Of a DNA stretch of 64,000 bases, positions 49,853 to 60,834 are shown piece after piece. The notes beneath the pieces are model-generated. The model did no database searches. It saw nothing but the letters and a program-made list of their open reading frames with translations, and had not been told where the DNA came from. Source of the DNA: Parcubacteria group bacterium Gr01-1014_13 (GTDB taxonomy: Bacteria > Patescibacteriota > Patescibacteriia > Magasanikbacterales > GWA2-37-8); NCBI GenBank assembly GCA_007376295.1, contig VMGB01000003.1, forward strand, positions 71,106 to 135,105, given 5' to 3'. Both the position numbers and the translations under genes were made by a program. Positions within the stretch are counted from its first letter, which is position 1; each line of letters opens with the position of its first letter.

Positions 49853-50824
49853 TTAAATCAACCGCCGAAGCCTTCTTAAAATACTGTATAATTTATATTT
49901 TCCAGTATTAACCACCAAATCAAATGTCCCTGGTAATTGATGTGGCTTGCCGCCAAATCCAAGTTTAAATCGAGTTACTCCAGCATACTGATGTTTTTGG
50001 TCATAGTTTCCATCTTTTACCGGAGCAACGCCAAAAAAATCATATAACTGATATCCGCTACTCTTCCCCATTTTTATACCTTCCCATTGCAATAAATATG
50101 GGGCCATCAAATCACGATGCGTATAGTCGGAAGCTCCGTATAGGTAGGTAAATGTATTGCCAAATTTAGCAAATACAACTGTGGCCACTGGCTTATTATT
50201 GAAATACACTGTAAGTTGAAAAGTTAAGGGTGAATTTAAAACTAACTCATAATGATTTTTACCATGCAATTTGAATTTGTCTCTCGATCCTGTCTGATTC
50301 ATGAGCGACCAAAAGACTTCAAAATTTTTCTCCTCACTTATTTTTAAATCTTTTTTTTCGGCCAGGTGAATATTATATCTGGTTTTTTGATGCATTCCGG
50401 CAAGTAATTCTTCTTCTGATTTTTTTAAATCTAAAATTAAAGTAGCCGGAGGGTTAATATCTATACTGCGATGAATTGTAAATTTTGAATCCGCGATTAC
50501 AGATCTCGGCTCCACTCTAAAAAAAATACAGTTTTTATTTTTTAAATAACCCAATAAATAATCGTATACTTCTGATTTTTCAACCACTGGCCCTTGCGGA
50601 CAAAAAGCATATTGCCAGCCAAATATTAGTCCGCTATAAACAATTTGCGCTTGCGCCACAACTTTATCACCTTCCACCATTGCTAGTCTTTCCACTTGCT
50701 TTCCTTCGGCTAACAAAATATTTCCCCAGGCCCAAGATTGGGTGAAAGGGCTGAGTTGGCTATAATTTTTTAGCCAATTATCCCACTGCTCTTGATTGGT
50801 AACGCTCTCTATTTTCATGTGCAT
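49853..50824 (-). CDS. FemAB/FemX-family peptidoglycan bridge aminoacyltransferase
   Basis: FTQSWAWG, QKTRYNI, YLYGAS, YDFFG, GVTRFKLGFGG. Confidence 0.92.
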   Translation of the reverse strand: MHMKIESVTNQEQWDNWLKNYSQLSPFTQSWAWGNILLAEGKQVERLAMVEGDKVVAQAQIVYSGLIFGWQYAFCPQGPVVEKSEVYDYLLGYLKNKNCIFFRVEPRSVIADSKFTIHRSIDINPPATLILDLKKSEEELLAGMHQKTRYNIHLAEKKDLKISEEKNFEVFWSLMNQTGSRDKFKLHGKNHYELVLNSPLTFQLTVYFNNKPVATVVFAKFGNTFTYLYGASDYTHRDLMAPYLLQWEGIKMGKSSGYQLYDFFGVAPVKDGNYDQKHQYAGVTRFKLGFGGKPHQLPGTFDLVVNTGKYKLYSILRRLRRLI

Positions 50825-50937
50825 ATCTTACCTAACTTTACAGCAAAAATCAACCATAAATTATAGACAAAATATTGAACAATATGATAGGATATTTTTA
50901 TGAAATCTCAAACCGTTCTTTACTAGGAGAAAAAACC

Positions 50938-51297
50938 ATGAAGAAACCATCGCTCCGCGAGCAAATGCTGGATAAAAAACAAAAGATTCAAGAACGCGAA
51001 GACAATTTTCGAAAGAAGTTCGAGGAAGCACCGAAATGCGTACAGGATGAATATCTTCGTTGCAATACACTGATCAAAAAATTCTTTGATAAACGCACGC
51101 TGAAGCAGCGACTCCAGCCATTTGAGGAAGTGCTCTATGCTCCGCAAAGCGGTTCTCTGACCGAAAACCAAATCGTGCAACTGCATGATCTTCTGCGCCT
51201 TCAAGGCTGGGAGGTGGTGCTCAGCGCAGCTCTTAAATGGCACGGAGGAGGTCCGCGGCCTATCGGACTCCTATTCCGTAATAATCCCGAAGACTGA
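50938..51297 (+). CDS. Hypothetical protein
   Basis: ATG 50938 preceded by AGGAG. Confidence 0.55.
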   Translation: MKKPSLREQMLDKKQKIQEREDNFRKKFEEAPKCVQDEYLRCNTLIKKFFDKRTLKQRLQPFEEVLYAPQSGSLTENQIVQLHDLLRLQGWEVVLSAALKWHGGGPRPIGLLFRNNPED

Positions 51298-51305
51298 TTA
51301 CAACA

Positions 51306-51341
51306 AACCCCCACCACTTTCATATGAAGGTGGTGGGGGTT
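51306..51341. terminator. Bidirectional hairpin terminator
   Basis: AACCCCCACCAC...GTGGTGGGGGTT between convergent ORFs. Confidence 0.7.
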
Positions 51342-51359
51342 AAAATTTTAATTCATTAT

Positions 51360-52646
51360 TTACTTCTTCGGCGCAAATTTTTTATTACTCTCTATAAATT
51401 CTTCCTCTTCTTTTCTAGCCGAATCTATTATCGCTTGTCTGGCTTCTGGCGAAAGACCGCCCACTTTGCTATCCTCGGCTCTTAGCATTACGCTATATAA
51501 TCTTTTTAATTCTCTAACTGCCTTGCCAAATGCAAAAAATGGAGGTTTGGTTTTGGCAATCTGGTCATCCGATTTATTTTTGGTAAATCTAGGATCGTAC
51601 TTTTTGTAAGCTTCTACATAATCAGTTCGCGCTTCGTCGGACCTTGATTCTTTGGCCTGCTGACGATCAGCTTCGGCTTCTGCTCTAACTCTCTCTGCTT
51701 GTATTTTTTTGGTACGTTCATCAAAACGCTCCATAGTGGCTCTGGTTTTTTCTAACGCACGCTTTGTTTTCTCGTCTTTAGCGGCCGCAGCAGCCCTGTC
51801 TAGGACTTCTATATTTTTTCCTACCTCAACCGGAGCTGATTCTATCTTGCCAGCTTCGTGTTCATTATTTATTTCGCCAGAAACAACCTGGCTTTCTTCG
51901 GATGTAATTAGTTTATTTTTTTGTTTTTTTGGCACCCCTTCAGAAACTTCATATGACTCATAACCATCATCCTTTGGCTCTTCAGTTTCTTCAAAAACTA
52001 CAGGCTCAGCTTCCAGAATTGTCGCTCTTTCTTTTCTCCTTATTACATTTTTATTGGTTACTTTCTTTTCTTTCTTTCCTTTTCCTTTTTCTTCCAATTT
52101 ATAAAACTTTTTCTCCTGATTTTTGGCCAAAAAAATGTCTTCTGCAGAAACAGTTTTGTTTGTACCGTCCTTCTTCATAACCAAAAATTTTTGATCTGCT
52201 TCATTTTTATTCATAATTACCCAGTCGCTATCAATTTTGCCGCTCGATCTTTTAACGGATACCAACTGATGCTCTTCCAAATCTTCAAATTTGGCCGGCA
52301 CCAATTCATCCGTTTCACTGGAAATCTCAAAAGACTCATAGTCTGGCGCCTTTTCTTTTAACTTCCTTTCTTCTTCTCTTTTCTTCAGCTTTCCTCTCAG
52401 CTCTGTCATTATTTCTTTATATTTATAATCAGAGATGCGCTTCTCAAAATCAGCTTCCATTTCTTTGGATTTTCTTTTATTGCTCTTTTTCTCTTCTTCT
52501 TTAGCCTTTTCCGCTTCTATCGCTTTGCCGGCCTCAGCCAAAGCTGAAGCTATTTCTTCGCCAGATTTAGGAGAATTTGATTTTTTACGGCGAGATGAAG
52601 GCGGTTTCATCGCTTCTTGTGGGACAAATTGAGATGTTTCTGACAT
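51360..52646 (-). CDS. Lys/Glu-rich hypothetical protein
   Basis: 428-aa low-complexity charged ORF with a small beta domain (VSVKRSSGKIDSDWVI). Confidence 0.7.
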   Translation of the reverse strand: MSETSQFVPQEAMKPPSSRRKKSNSPKSGEEIASALAEAGKAIEAEKAKEEEKKSNKRKSKEMEADFEKRISDYKYKEIMTELRGKLKKREEERKLKEKAPDYESFEISSETDELVPAKFEDLEEHQLVSVKRSSGKIDSDWVIMNKNEADQKFLVMKKDGTNKTVSAEDIFLAKNQEKKFYKLEEKGKGKKEKKVTNKNVIRRKERATILEAEPVVFEETEEPKDDGYESYEVSEGVPKKQKNKLITSEESQVVSGEINNEHEAGKIESAPVEVGKNIEVLDRAAAAAKDEKTKRALEKTRATMERFDERTKKIQAERVRAEAEADRQQAKESRSDEARTDYVEAYKKYDPRFTKNKSDDQIAKTKPPFFAFGKAVRELKRLYSVMLRAEDSKVGGLSPEARQAIIDSARKEEEEFIESNKKFAPKK

Positions 52647-52777
52647 ATATTCAAGCTAATAAATATTTAGGCAAGACTATTATACCACTTTTTCCAAAGA
52701 CGAGTAAAGGTCTTGCCAAAATCATTATTTTAATGTAGAATATCACTTGTTATTAATTACTATAATTATACAAATAT

Positions 52778-52993
52778 ATGGGTTTACCCGGTCATAGACG
52801 AACCTCCTCACACAAACGACGCCGCGCTGCGCATTTTGCTTTGACAGAGGCAACATTTAACGCTTGCCCAAAATGCAAAAAGCCGCTTAGACCACACCGC
52901 GCCTGCGCTTTTTGTGGTTACTACAAAGGCAAAACCGTGCTAAATGTAGAAAAAAGAGCTTCCCGCACTGGCAGAAAAGTCAAGGCCAAATAA
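52778..52993 (+). CDS. rpmF: 50S ribosomal protein L32
   Basis: CPKC...PHRACAFCGYY. Confidence 0.95.
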   Translation: MGLPGHRRTSSHKRRRAAHFALTEATFNACPKCKKPLRPHRACAFCGYYKGKTVLNVEKRASRTGRKVKAK

Positions 52994-53027
52994 TTCCTAC
53001 ATTTTCCGTCTCTAAATCCGCACCTTT

Positions 53028-53456
53028 ATGTCTAATCGCCATTTGGCAAGAAGTATTGCTATGCAAGCTTTATTTGAATGGGATTTCCGGGATCAACCCA
53101 CGGACATCTTGCCTCTTATAATTGACCGAGACCTAAAGGAATTTGGCCCTGGTTTGGACGAAACAGAGTTTGCTAAAAAAATTATCGAGGACGTCCAGCA
53201 AAATATAAAGGACATAGACAAGCTGATTACCCAGTACGCTCCGCAATGGCCAATTGAACAAATTACAATTATCGACCGTAATATTTTGCGAATTGGCATT
53301 TACGAACTAAAATTCAATAACGAAGTACCGCCCAAAGTGGCTATCAATGAAGCTATTGAGTTAGCTAAAAACTTTGGCGGGCCTGCCTCAGGCAGATTTA
53401 TAAACGGAGTTTTGGGCGCGATATATAAAGATATGTTAAGCGCCGAACAAAAATAA
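53028..53456 (+). CDS. nusB: Transcription antitermination factor NusB
   Basis: [35 protein letters not shown]. Confidence 0.96.
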   Translation: MSNRHLARSIAMQALFEWDFRDQPTDILPLIIDRDLKEFGPGLDETEFAKKIIEDVQQNIKDIDKLITQYAPQWPIEQITIIDRNILRIGIYELKFNNEVPPKVAINEAIELAKNFGGPASGRFINGVLGAIYKDMLSAEQK

Positions 53457-53460
53457 TAGT

Positions 53461-54234
53461 ATGTCAAAAAGTATTTTAAGCTTGCCGGAAGTAAAAGAAA
53501 AAAACTTTCCGGACTTGCAAGAAAAACTGGGAATAAAATTTAAAGAACCAAAAAATCTGGTTCAGGCTTTTGTGCACCGTTCTTATTTAAATGAGCACCA
53601 TGATTTTGTTATCGGACACAACGAACGTTTGGAATTTTTGGGTGACGCGGTGCTGGAATTAATTGTTACCGAATTTCTTTTCAAAGAATACGGCAACCCC
53701 GAAGGCGAGCTGACCAATTGGCGCGCAGCTTTGGTAAACGCAAAAATTTTGGCCAGTATTGCCTATGAAATCGGCATGGAAGAATATCTTTTCCTTAGCC
53801 ACGGCGAGGCCAAAGACGCAGGCACCAAAGCCAGAGATTATATCATGGCCAATGCCATCGAAGCGCTAATCGGCGCGATATATATCGACCGAGGTTATGA
53901 AGTAACCCAACAATTCATCGCCCGCTGGGTTTTGACAAAACTACCATATATTTTAGAAAATGGATTATATTTGGATGCCAAAAGCCGCTTCCAAGAATCA
54001 GCCCAAGAAATATTAGGCATTACTCCAACGTACAAAGTTTTGCAAGAAGAAGGACCAGACCACATAAAATCATTCAAAATCGGCGTTTACTTAGATAAGG
54101 AAATGATAGCTACCGGTGAAGGCACTAGCAAACAAGAAGCTCAAACCGAAGCAGCTGAAGCAGCGGTAAAAATAAAAGGCTGGAAAGGACCGAAGATTAA
54201 TATTATAAAAAGAAAAGCAGAAGATCCGTTGTAA
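53461..54234 (+). CDS. rnc: Ribonuclease III
   Basis: HNERLEFLGDAVL, EALIGAIY, dsRBD. Confidence 0.96.
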   Translation: MSKSILSLPEVKEKNFPDLQEKLGIKFKEPKNLVQAFVHRSYLNEHHDFVIGHNERLEFLGDAVLELIVTEFLFKEYGNPEGELTNWRAALVNAKILASIAYEIGMEEYLFLSHGEAKDAGTKARDYIMANAIEALIGAIYIDRGYEVTQQFIARWVLTKLPYILENGLYLDAKSRFQESAQEILGITPTYKVLQEEGPDHIKSFKIGVYLDKEMIATGEGTSKQEAQTEAAEAAVKIKGWKGPKINIIKRKAEDPL

Positions 54235-54241
54235 TAGATTT

Positions 54242-54317
54242 GGGTCGGTAGCTCAGCTGGTAGAGCAGATCCCTCTTAAGGATAAGGTCCTGGGTTCGAT
54301 CCCCAGCCGACCCACCA
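54242..54317 (+). tRNA. tRNA-Lys (CTT)
   Basis: GGGTCGG/CCGACCC-ACCA; anticodon loop CTCTTAA. Confidence 0.93.
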
Positions 54318-54337
54318 AATTAAATTCTAAAAAAAAT

Positions 54338-54372
54338 GCCCTCGCTCAACGAAAGTTGGACGAGGGTGTTTT
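54338..54372. terminator. Hairpin terminator after tRNA-Lys
   Basis: GCCCTCG...CGAGGGT flanked by A and T tracts. Confidence 0.65.
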
Positions 54373-54384
54373 GATTTAAAGAAT

Positions 54385-55458
54385 TTATCTGTCGCGAAGA
54401 CAAAAATGCCAATCACGTTTTGCGGCCGCTGGATCCGCATCGCGAATCCAGATATCCAAAGTCTCGGGACACATGACAACCGTGGCAAGCGTTACACTGG
54501 TCGGATTCTGTTCCGGAGTACGGTGGATCAAACCATCATTCTGCGAAAACAGATCTAGCGCCTCCTGTGGCGTCCGTGGCAACTTGTCCTGCTTGAAACT
54601 TTTAAGCTTTTCATAACGAGGCACGGTATGTTTGGAAAGCTTTGGCGCGGGATCTTCTTTCCTTAGCCCTTTCAAAAACGGTCCTTCCGGAACATGGTTA
54701 GTGTGACAGAAAGACGGACCAGTAATCGGACAAAAAAACATTGGCACGTAAGATGTCTCTGGATTTGAAACCGTCAACGAAACAACTTCACGCGTATGTC
54801 CGTGCGCGATTACATAATGTGTAGTTACAGCAATGGGATCCATTGCCAACCATTCCTCCACCTCGTCTAGATCGCGGGCGAGAGAGGCGCGGAAATGCTG
54901 GACTTGTTTGGGCAGACCAGGCTGGGCTTCTAGCCACAAACCATTGTTAGTAATAGCAATCTCGCATGCATTTAAAGATCCGGCCAAACTTGGCAACATG
55001 CCGGGATAAGTTAGACAGACGAGCCGAGGGAAGTCATTGAATGTAACATCGAGCAACACCATCTTGCCGAAATTCTGCGGCTCATAGTCCTCGTTATGAG
55101 CGATCAGGTGATTGCCATTTGACAGACGAACAACCAGTGTTGAACACTTATCGTTCGAAGGAGGCAAAAACTCGGACGACACCTCTTCCGTAAAAGAGGT
55201 CAATGCAATTTTCTCCATGGAAACTCCGGCGCCTTCGGCCAGCCCCTGAAGAAAATCAACACTCCGCGCCCAAAGACGTTCGGCTCCGGCCATGTGGCGT
55301 TGGGCAACCTCATGCATACGCGCAACGGTGCCTACACTTGTATGTTCGAGCAGATAGGCCACCGTACGCTCATATAGTTCGGGAATATCCTCTTTGCAAG
55401 CTTCACCAACCTGCAAACCGACATCATAGAACGAACCGCTAGCTTTGACATGGCGCAT
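54385..55458 (-). CDS. Peptidase C45 / acyl-CoA:6-APA acyltransferase-like Ntn hydrolase
   Basis: K/CST autocleavage site, AHNED, HTNH. Confidence 0.85.
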   Translation of the reverse strand: MRHVKASGSFYDVGLQVGEACKEDIPELYERTVAYLLEHTSVGTVARMHEVAQRHMAGAERLWARSVDFLQGLAEGAGVSMEKIALTSFTEEVSSEFLPPSNDKCSTLVVRLSNGNHLIAHNEDYEPQNFGKMVLLDVTFNDFPRLVCLTYPGMLPSLAGSLNACEIAITNNGLWLEAQPGLPKQVQHFRASLARDLDEVEEWLAMDPIAVTTHYVIAHGHTREVVSLTVSNPETSYVPMFFCPITGPSFCHTNHVPEGPFLKGLRKEDPAPKLSKHTVPRYEKLKSFKQDKLPRTPQEALDLFSQNDGLIHRTPEQNPTSVTLATVVMCPETLDIWIRDADPAAAKRDWHFCLRDR

Positions 55459-55559
55459 ATTTTCTCCTTAGTAAATTGTATATGTACCGCTTCAATAGGA
55501 ACATAAAACTAACTCCATTGTCAAGTATCTAATTAAATGATATATTTTAGCCTAGTCCC

Positions 55560-55631
55560 GCCCCTATAGTTTAATGGATAGAATATCAGGCTTCGAACCT
55601 GAAGATGGGAGTTCGATTCTCTCTGGGGGCA
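55560..55631 (+). tRNA. tRNA-Arg (TCG)
   Basis: GCCCCTA/TGGGGGC acceptor; TCAGG-CTTCGAA-CCTGA anticodon arm. Confidence 0.92.
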
Positions 55632-55654
55632 CAATGCTAAACATCTTACAAAAT

Positions 55655-58336
55655 ATGGAAAAACAATTTTCCTGGCACACCAAAAAAATCTCCGAGGTTC
55701 TTGAGGTACTTCACTCGCGTGAACATGGTCTAACTAAAGAAGAAGCAGCCAAACGTCTGCGAGACTACGGTCTAAATAAATTTCCCGAAGGCAAAGTAGA
55801 CAGCCTTCTTATTATTTTCCTGCGCCAATTCAAAAGTCCCCTCATATATATTCTCCTGGCCGCTGCAGCCATAGTGCTGGCCATGGGCGACGTTGTTGAT
55901 GCGGTGGTAATTATGGCCGTCCTGGTTTTTAATGCCGTCGTGGGCACAATCCAAGAAGGAAAGGCACAAAATACTCTGCTCGCATTAAAACAATTCGCTG
56001 AAACTTCTGCAACCGTACTCCGAGACGGTAAAGAATTTTTAATCCGAGATACCGAAGTGGTACCTGGGGATATAATAATTTTACAGGAAGGAGAAAAAAT
56101 TCCAGCTGATGCCAGAATTATCTTTGCCAATACTTTAAAAATTGATGAAGCGAGCTTGACTGGAGAATCGGAACCGGTAACCAAAACTGAAGCCGTACTG
56201 CCAATCGACCCCTTACCGACTGTTGACCAAAAAAATATGGTCTTCAAAGGCACGCATATCCTAAGCGGAAATGGCACAGCTGTTGTGGTCGCTACCGGAC
56301 TGACTACAGAAATCGGTAAAATTGCCAAAAAAATCGCGGCTGTCGATACCGAAATACCGCTAAAAGCCGACATCCGCTACCTTTCTCGTCTCATTATTAT
56401 CGCAGTCTTTCTTATCAGTATTTTTCTGATAATTATCGGCGTGCTTTATGGTAAATCTTTAACCGAAATGTTCGCAACCGCTGTAGCCCTAGCCATATCC
56501 ATTATTCCCGAAGGATTGCCCATAGTAGTAACACTTGTTTTGGCCACCGGAGTATGGAGAATGTCAAAACGTAATGCTTTAGTAAAACAACTACAGGCGG
56601 TCGAAGCTCTGGGACAAACAAAAATAATTGCCGTGGACAAAACCGGAACTCTCACCAAAAATGAAATGGTGGTTCAACAAATATATATAGATGGAAAAAT
56701 TTTCGAAATCACCGGCAATGGCTATGAACCAAAAGGCGAAATGGTTCTGGCCGGAAAAACTATCGATCCCGTCAATCACCCTGAACTTATTTTTAGCGGA
56801 AAACTTGCTGCCTTTTGCGCCAACGCCAGACTCTCTTTTTTAAAGGAAACTAATACTTGGAAAATCGCCGGTGATCCTACCGAAGCAGCACTGATCGTAC
56901 TTTCGGAAAAAATTGGTTTTAGTCATGACAATCTGGAACAAGAAATGCCGAAAATATTTGAATTGCCATTTAATTATCAAAAAAAATATCATGCCACAAT
57001 CAGAAAAGTGGATAACAAAAATTTCTTGACCATTGTCGGAGCGCCAGAAAAAGTACTTGAACTTTGTAAAAATGTTTGGCGCAAAGATGGGAATGAAATT
57101 TTAGATGAACATAAAAAAAGTGAACTTGAATCGGCTTTTCATAAATTGGCCCAAGACGGCCTGCGAGTGGTGGCCTGCGCGATAAATTCTGATGCTGATC
57201 AAAGTGTGGCTGATCCAGATAACATGCCAACTCTTTCTTTTGTTGGATTTTTTGGCATGAAAGATGCGTTACGCTCTGAAGTCAAATCAGCAGTGCAAAG
57301 AGTAAAATCAGCCAATATCCGCGTAGTTATGATTACTGGAGACCACCGCATCACTGCCCAGGCTATAGCCAAAGAAGCCGGTATCTACCAAGAAGGTGAT
57401 CTGGTCCTGACTGGTGAAGAAATTGATGCGATGTCTGATACGGAACTTGCAGAAAAATTAACCCGTGTTTCTGTGTTCGCCCGAGTTACACCAGATCATA
57501 AACTACGAATTATTTTAGCCTATCGCAAACGAGGCGAAATCGTGGCCATGACCGGAGACGGTGTCAATGACGCGCCATCTCTTGTAGCTGCGGATCTTGG
57601 GGTGGCCATGGGGAAAATTGGCACAGAAGTAGCAAAATCAGCTTCAGACATAGTTCTAATGGACGATAATTTTGGCAGCATTGTATCAGCAGTAGAAGAA
57701 GGCAGAAGTATTTATAAAACAATAAAAAAAGTAATTCTTTATCTTTTTTCCACAAACTTGGGAGAAACATTAACTATCACCGGAGCCCTGCTCTTAGGAT
57801 TCCCTCTCCCCCTTTTGCCGGCGCATATTATCTGGCTCAATTTTGTCACGGATGGATTTTTAGATGTGTCTCTGGCTATGGAACCAAAAGAAGAAAACTT
57901 ATTGCGCGGCCATTTTGAACGGCCAAAAAAATATTTAATCGATAAACTTATGGCGCAAAGAATGATCCTAATGGCCATACCTATGGCCATAGGTGCGCTC
58001 TACCTGTTTAAAGGAAATTTTCAACATGATATGGCTAAAGCTTGGACAATATCACTAACAACGCTCGCCGTTTTCCAATGGTTCAACGCTTGGAATTGCC
58101 GACATGAGAGCAAATCGATTTTCCAGATGAATCCATTTTCAAATAAATGGCTGATTGTGGCCACCATAACAATTATTTTCCTGCAATTGTTTGCAATCTA
58201 TAATCCGTTTATGCAGAAATTTTTACATACCGCTCCGCTTCAACTTTCTGATTGGCTAACTATAATCCCAATCGCCGCTTCTGTAATCGTGGTTGAAGAA
58301 ATACGCAAATTTTTCTACCGCAGAAAATTGATTTAA
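55655..58336 (+). CDS. P-type IIA cation (Ca2+-like) transporting ATPase
   Basis: LTGES, IPEGL, DKTGTLT, MITGD, TGDGVNDAP; start placed after the tRNA. Confidence 0.95.
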   Translation: MEKQFSWHTKKISEVLEVLHSREHGLTKEEAAKRLRDYGLNKFPEGKVDSLLIIFLRQFKSPLIYILLAAAAIVLAMGDVVDAVVIMAVLVFNAVVGTIQEGKAQNTLLALKQFAETSATVLRDGKEFLIRDTEVVPGDIIILQEGEKIPADARIIFANTLKIDEASLTGESEPVTKTEAVLPIDPLPTVDQKNMVFKGTHILSGNGTAVVVATGLTTEIGKIAKKIAAVDTEIPLKADIRYLSRLIIIAVFLISIFLIIIGVLYGKSLTEMFATAVALAISIIPEGLPIVVTLVLATGVWRMSKRNALVKQLQAVEALGQTKIIAVDKTGTLTKNEMVVQQIYIDGKIFEITGNGYEPKGEMVLAGKTIDPVNHPELIFSGKLAAFCANARLSFLKETNTWKIAGDPTEAALIVLSEKIGFSHDNLEQEMPKIFELPFNYQKKYHATIRKVDNKNFLTIVGAPEKVLELCKNVWRKDGNEILDEHKKSELESAFHKLAQDGLRVVACAINSDADQSVADPDNMPTLSFVGFFGMKDALRSEVKSAVQRVKSANIRVVMITGDHRITAQAIAKEAGIYQEGDLVLTGEEIDAMSDTELAEKLTRVSVFARVTPDHKLRIILAYRKRGEIVAMTGDGVNDAPSLVAADLGVAMGKIGTEVAKSASDIVLMDDNFGSIVSAVEEGRSIYKTIKKVILYLFSTNLGETLTITGALLLGFPLPLLPAHIIWLNFVTDGFLDVSLAMEPKEENLLRGHFERPKKYLIDKLMAQRMILMAIPMAIGALYLFKGNFQHDMAKAWTISLTTLAVFQWFNAWNCRHESKSIFQMNPFSNKWLIVATITIIFLQLFAIYNPFMQKFLHTAPLQLSDWLTIIPIAASVIVVEEIRKFFYRRKLI

Positions 58337-58416
58337 ATTTTATTGACAGTCCTTCTAATTGTTGCCAAACTACTTGCTAGACGCTCATTTACAAAACAGT
58401 CCTCAAGGAAGTAACC

Positions 58417-59271
58417 ATGACAGATAAAAAGATGACGTACAATGATCTGTTGCAAGGATACGTAGATAAAAACTACGAACTTGAATGTTACGGTTCGGTA
58501 AAAGAACCTATTAGAGGAAAAGATAAAGATTACCGCCTCTATAAAATCGTCGTCAACCCGGAATGTGAAAAAACTCTGTTTATCACTAACGGTTTCCATG
58601 GCGAAGAATTTAACGGCCCGATTTCTCTTCTACATATTTTCGATGAAACGACAGATTTTGCTAAAAAAAACCGGATACGACTTATCGTCTATCCTTGTAT
58701 CAATCCTGCGGGGTTTGATCTGCGCCAACGTTACAATCCCAGCGATGAATTGGAGTATGGAAATAACGATTTTCTGCGTTATGAAATCAAAAAGAATGAA
58801 TGGGTAGGCACTCTAAAAAATAACGAACCTTTTCTGCGATACAAAATTGTAGACTCGGCGGCAAAGGAAGTCCGTCTCTTGAAACACGATGTGTTGCAAT
58901 ATCAGAATCCTGCACCCCAAGCTGTACTGGATATTCACCAAGATTGTTTAAAAAAAGAACAGGGGGATTTCTATGCCTACATCCTTGATAAACGAGAAGT
59001 TTATCTAAAAATCATGAAAAAGCTGGCAAAAATCGCGCCGGTTTCCAAAAATATTCAGGCCGAAAATATTGAGGGCAAACGAAAAGTTCATTACCAAATA
59101 GATAAGGATGGATTTATTTTTCTCCGCGACGGATCCATAACTGACATGTTCCATAGGCTTGGGTCTGAATTCGCTGTTTGCGCCGAAACCAATACTGACT
59201 TGCCTTTGAAAAAAGTCTGCCAAATCAACCTAATTTGGATCAAGGAACTGATAAATCTCATCTCTAAGTAG
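58417..59271 (+). CDS. M14-family metallocarboxypeptidase / succinylglutamate desuccinylase-like protein
   Basis: GFHGEE, INPAG, LDIHQD, CAET. Confidence 0.8.
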   Translation: MTDKKMTYNDLLQGYVDKNYELECYGSVKEPIRGKDKDYRLYKIVVNPECEKTLFITNGFHGEEFNGPISLLHIFDETTDFAKKNRIRLIVYPCINPAGFDLRQRYNPSDELEYGNNDFLRYEIKKNEWVGTLKNNEPFLRYKIVDSAAKEVRLLKHDVLQYQNPAPQAVLDIHQDCLKKEQGDFYAYILDKREVYLKIMKKLAKIAPVSKNIQAENIEGKRKVHYQIDKDGFIFLRDGSITDMFHRLGSEFAVCAETNTDLPLKKVCQINLIWIKELINLISK

Positions 59272-59369
59272 CCCCGACTCTTAATAAAGAGCGGGGTTTG
59301 TTGTAAAGGCCTTAACTTGACAATTTCCCCTATATAATGCTATACTTTGGTTACTTAATTTAACCCTTT

Positions 59370-59666
59370 ATGCAGACAAAAATTCATCCAGAATATAACA
59401 ATGACACAGCCGTCACTTGCGCTTGCGGTAATGCTTTTACTACCGGCAGCACTATGAAGGCTATTCGCGTGGAACTTTGCAACAAGTGCCATCCTTTTTA
59501 TACCGGCAAACAAAAATTTGTAGACACTGCTCGCCGCGTAGAAAAATTCCAAGAACGCGCCGACAAGAAAACTTCCGTTGCCGCTGCCCGCAAAGGCAAG
59601 AAAGTAAAGAAAGCCGCTGTAGCTATAAAGAAATCAGCCAAAAAAGCCGCCTCCAAGAAAGCTTAG
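59370..59666 (+). CDS. rpmE: 50S ribosomal protein L31 (zinc-binding type)
   Basis: [21 protein letters not shown]. Confidence 0.96.
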   Translation: MQTKIHPEYNNDTAVTCACGNAFTTGSTMKAIRVELCNKCHPFYTGKQKFVDTARRVEKFQERADKKTSVAAARKGKKVKKAAVAIKKSAKKAASKKA

Positions 59667-59753
59667 CTTTATCAAACTTAAAAAACAGACTACAATATAT
59701 TTGTGTTGAGTCTGTTTTTTATTAAGTACCCCTACAGCTAAAAATCATACCTT

Positions 59754-60833
59754 ATGAACAATAAATATAAAGAAATACAATCTAAATTTGCCAAACTGGA
59801 AACCGATTTACAAAATCCGGCCGTGCTTGGTGATTCCAAAAAAATAAAGGAAATTTCTCAAGAATACAATGACCTAAAGCAGACTATGGAAAAAATAAAG
59901 GAGCTGGCTGCGATAGAAAACAGTATTTCTGAAACTCAACTAATCATTAATCAAGAAGATCCTCAAATGAAAGAAATGGCGGCTGCTGAACTGCCTGATT
60001 TGGAAACCAAAAAAATAAATCTGGAAAAAGAATTGGATGAAATGACTCGTCCGCAGGACCCTTTTGATAAAAAAGATGTGATTGTCGAAATCCGCGCTGG
60101 CGTGGGAGGAGATGAATCCGCTCTGTTTGCGGCTGAACTTTATCGTATGTATGCTCGTTATGCCGAAAGTAGAAAATGGAAGGTACAGACACTTGATTCC
60201 AACCGCAACGGTATTGGTGGCTTTAAAGAAATTATATTTTCTATCAAAGGCAGAAATGCTTATAAAGATTTGAAATATGAAATGGGTGTGCATCGCGTAC
60301 AAAGAGTCCCTGATACTGAAAAAGCTGGCCGTATCCACACTTCCACTATTACTGTAGCCGTGCTTCCGGAAATTGAAGAAGCGGAAATTAAAATTGAACA
60401 AAAAGATTTACGTATTGATACCTTTTGTTCTGGCGGCGCAGGCGGACAAAGCGTAAACACCACTTATTCGGCAGTAAGAATAGTCCATATTCCAACTGGT
60501 ATCATGGTGCAGTGCCAGGACGAACGCTCACAGACTGCCAACAAAGAAAAAGCTATGGCCGTACTACGTTCGCGTATCTATGCAGCTGATAGAGAAGCAA
60601 AAATGAAGACACTTACTGAAAAACGACGCGCCCAAATTGGCAGCGGCGACCGCAGTGAAAAAATCCGTACTTATAACTTCCCTCAAGACCGTATTACTGA
60701 CCATCGTATTCACCAAAGCTGGAATAACATTCCCAAAATATTAGAAGGTCATTTAGAACCGATTATTGAGGCTGTTCGCGCGGCTGATTATGCCGGGTTG
60801 GATTATAGCGGTACGGATGAAGATGAAGAATAA
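59754..60833 (+). CDS. prfA: Peptide chain release factor 1
   Basis: GGQ motif, [10 protein letters not shown] (PxT), [14 protein letters not shown]. Confidence 0.97.
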   Translation: MNNKYKEIQSKFAKLETDLQNPAVLGDSKKIKEISQEYNDLKQTMEKIKELAAIENSISETQLIINQEDPQMKEMAAAELPDLETKKINLEKELDEMTRPQDPFDKKDVIVEIRAGVGGDESALFAAELYRMYARYAESRKWKVQTLDSNRNGIGGFKEIIFSIKGRNAYKDLKYEMGVHRVQRVPDTEKAGRIHTSTITVAVLPEIEEAEIKIEQKDLRIDTFCSGGAGGQSVNTTYSAVRIVHIPTGIMVQCQDERSQTANKEKAMAVLRSRIYAADREAKMKTLTEKRRAQIGSGDRSEKIRTYNFPQDRITDHRIHQSWNNIPKILEGHLEPIIEAVRAADYAGLDYSGTDEDEE

Positions 60834-60834
60834 T

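Noticed and set aside
55574-55654. N-terminal extension of the P-type ATPase ORF (likewise 1843-1923)
   Set aside because: Runs through a tRNA gene; downstream ATGs are more plausible starts
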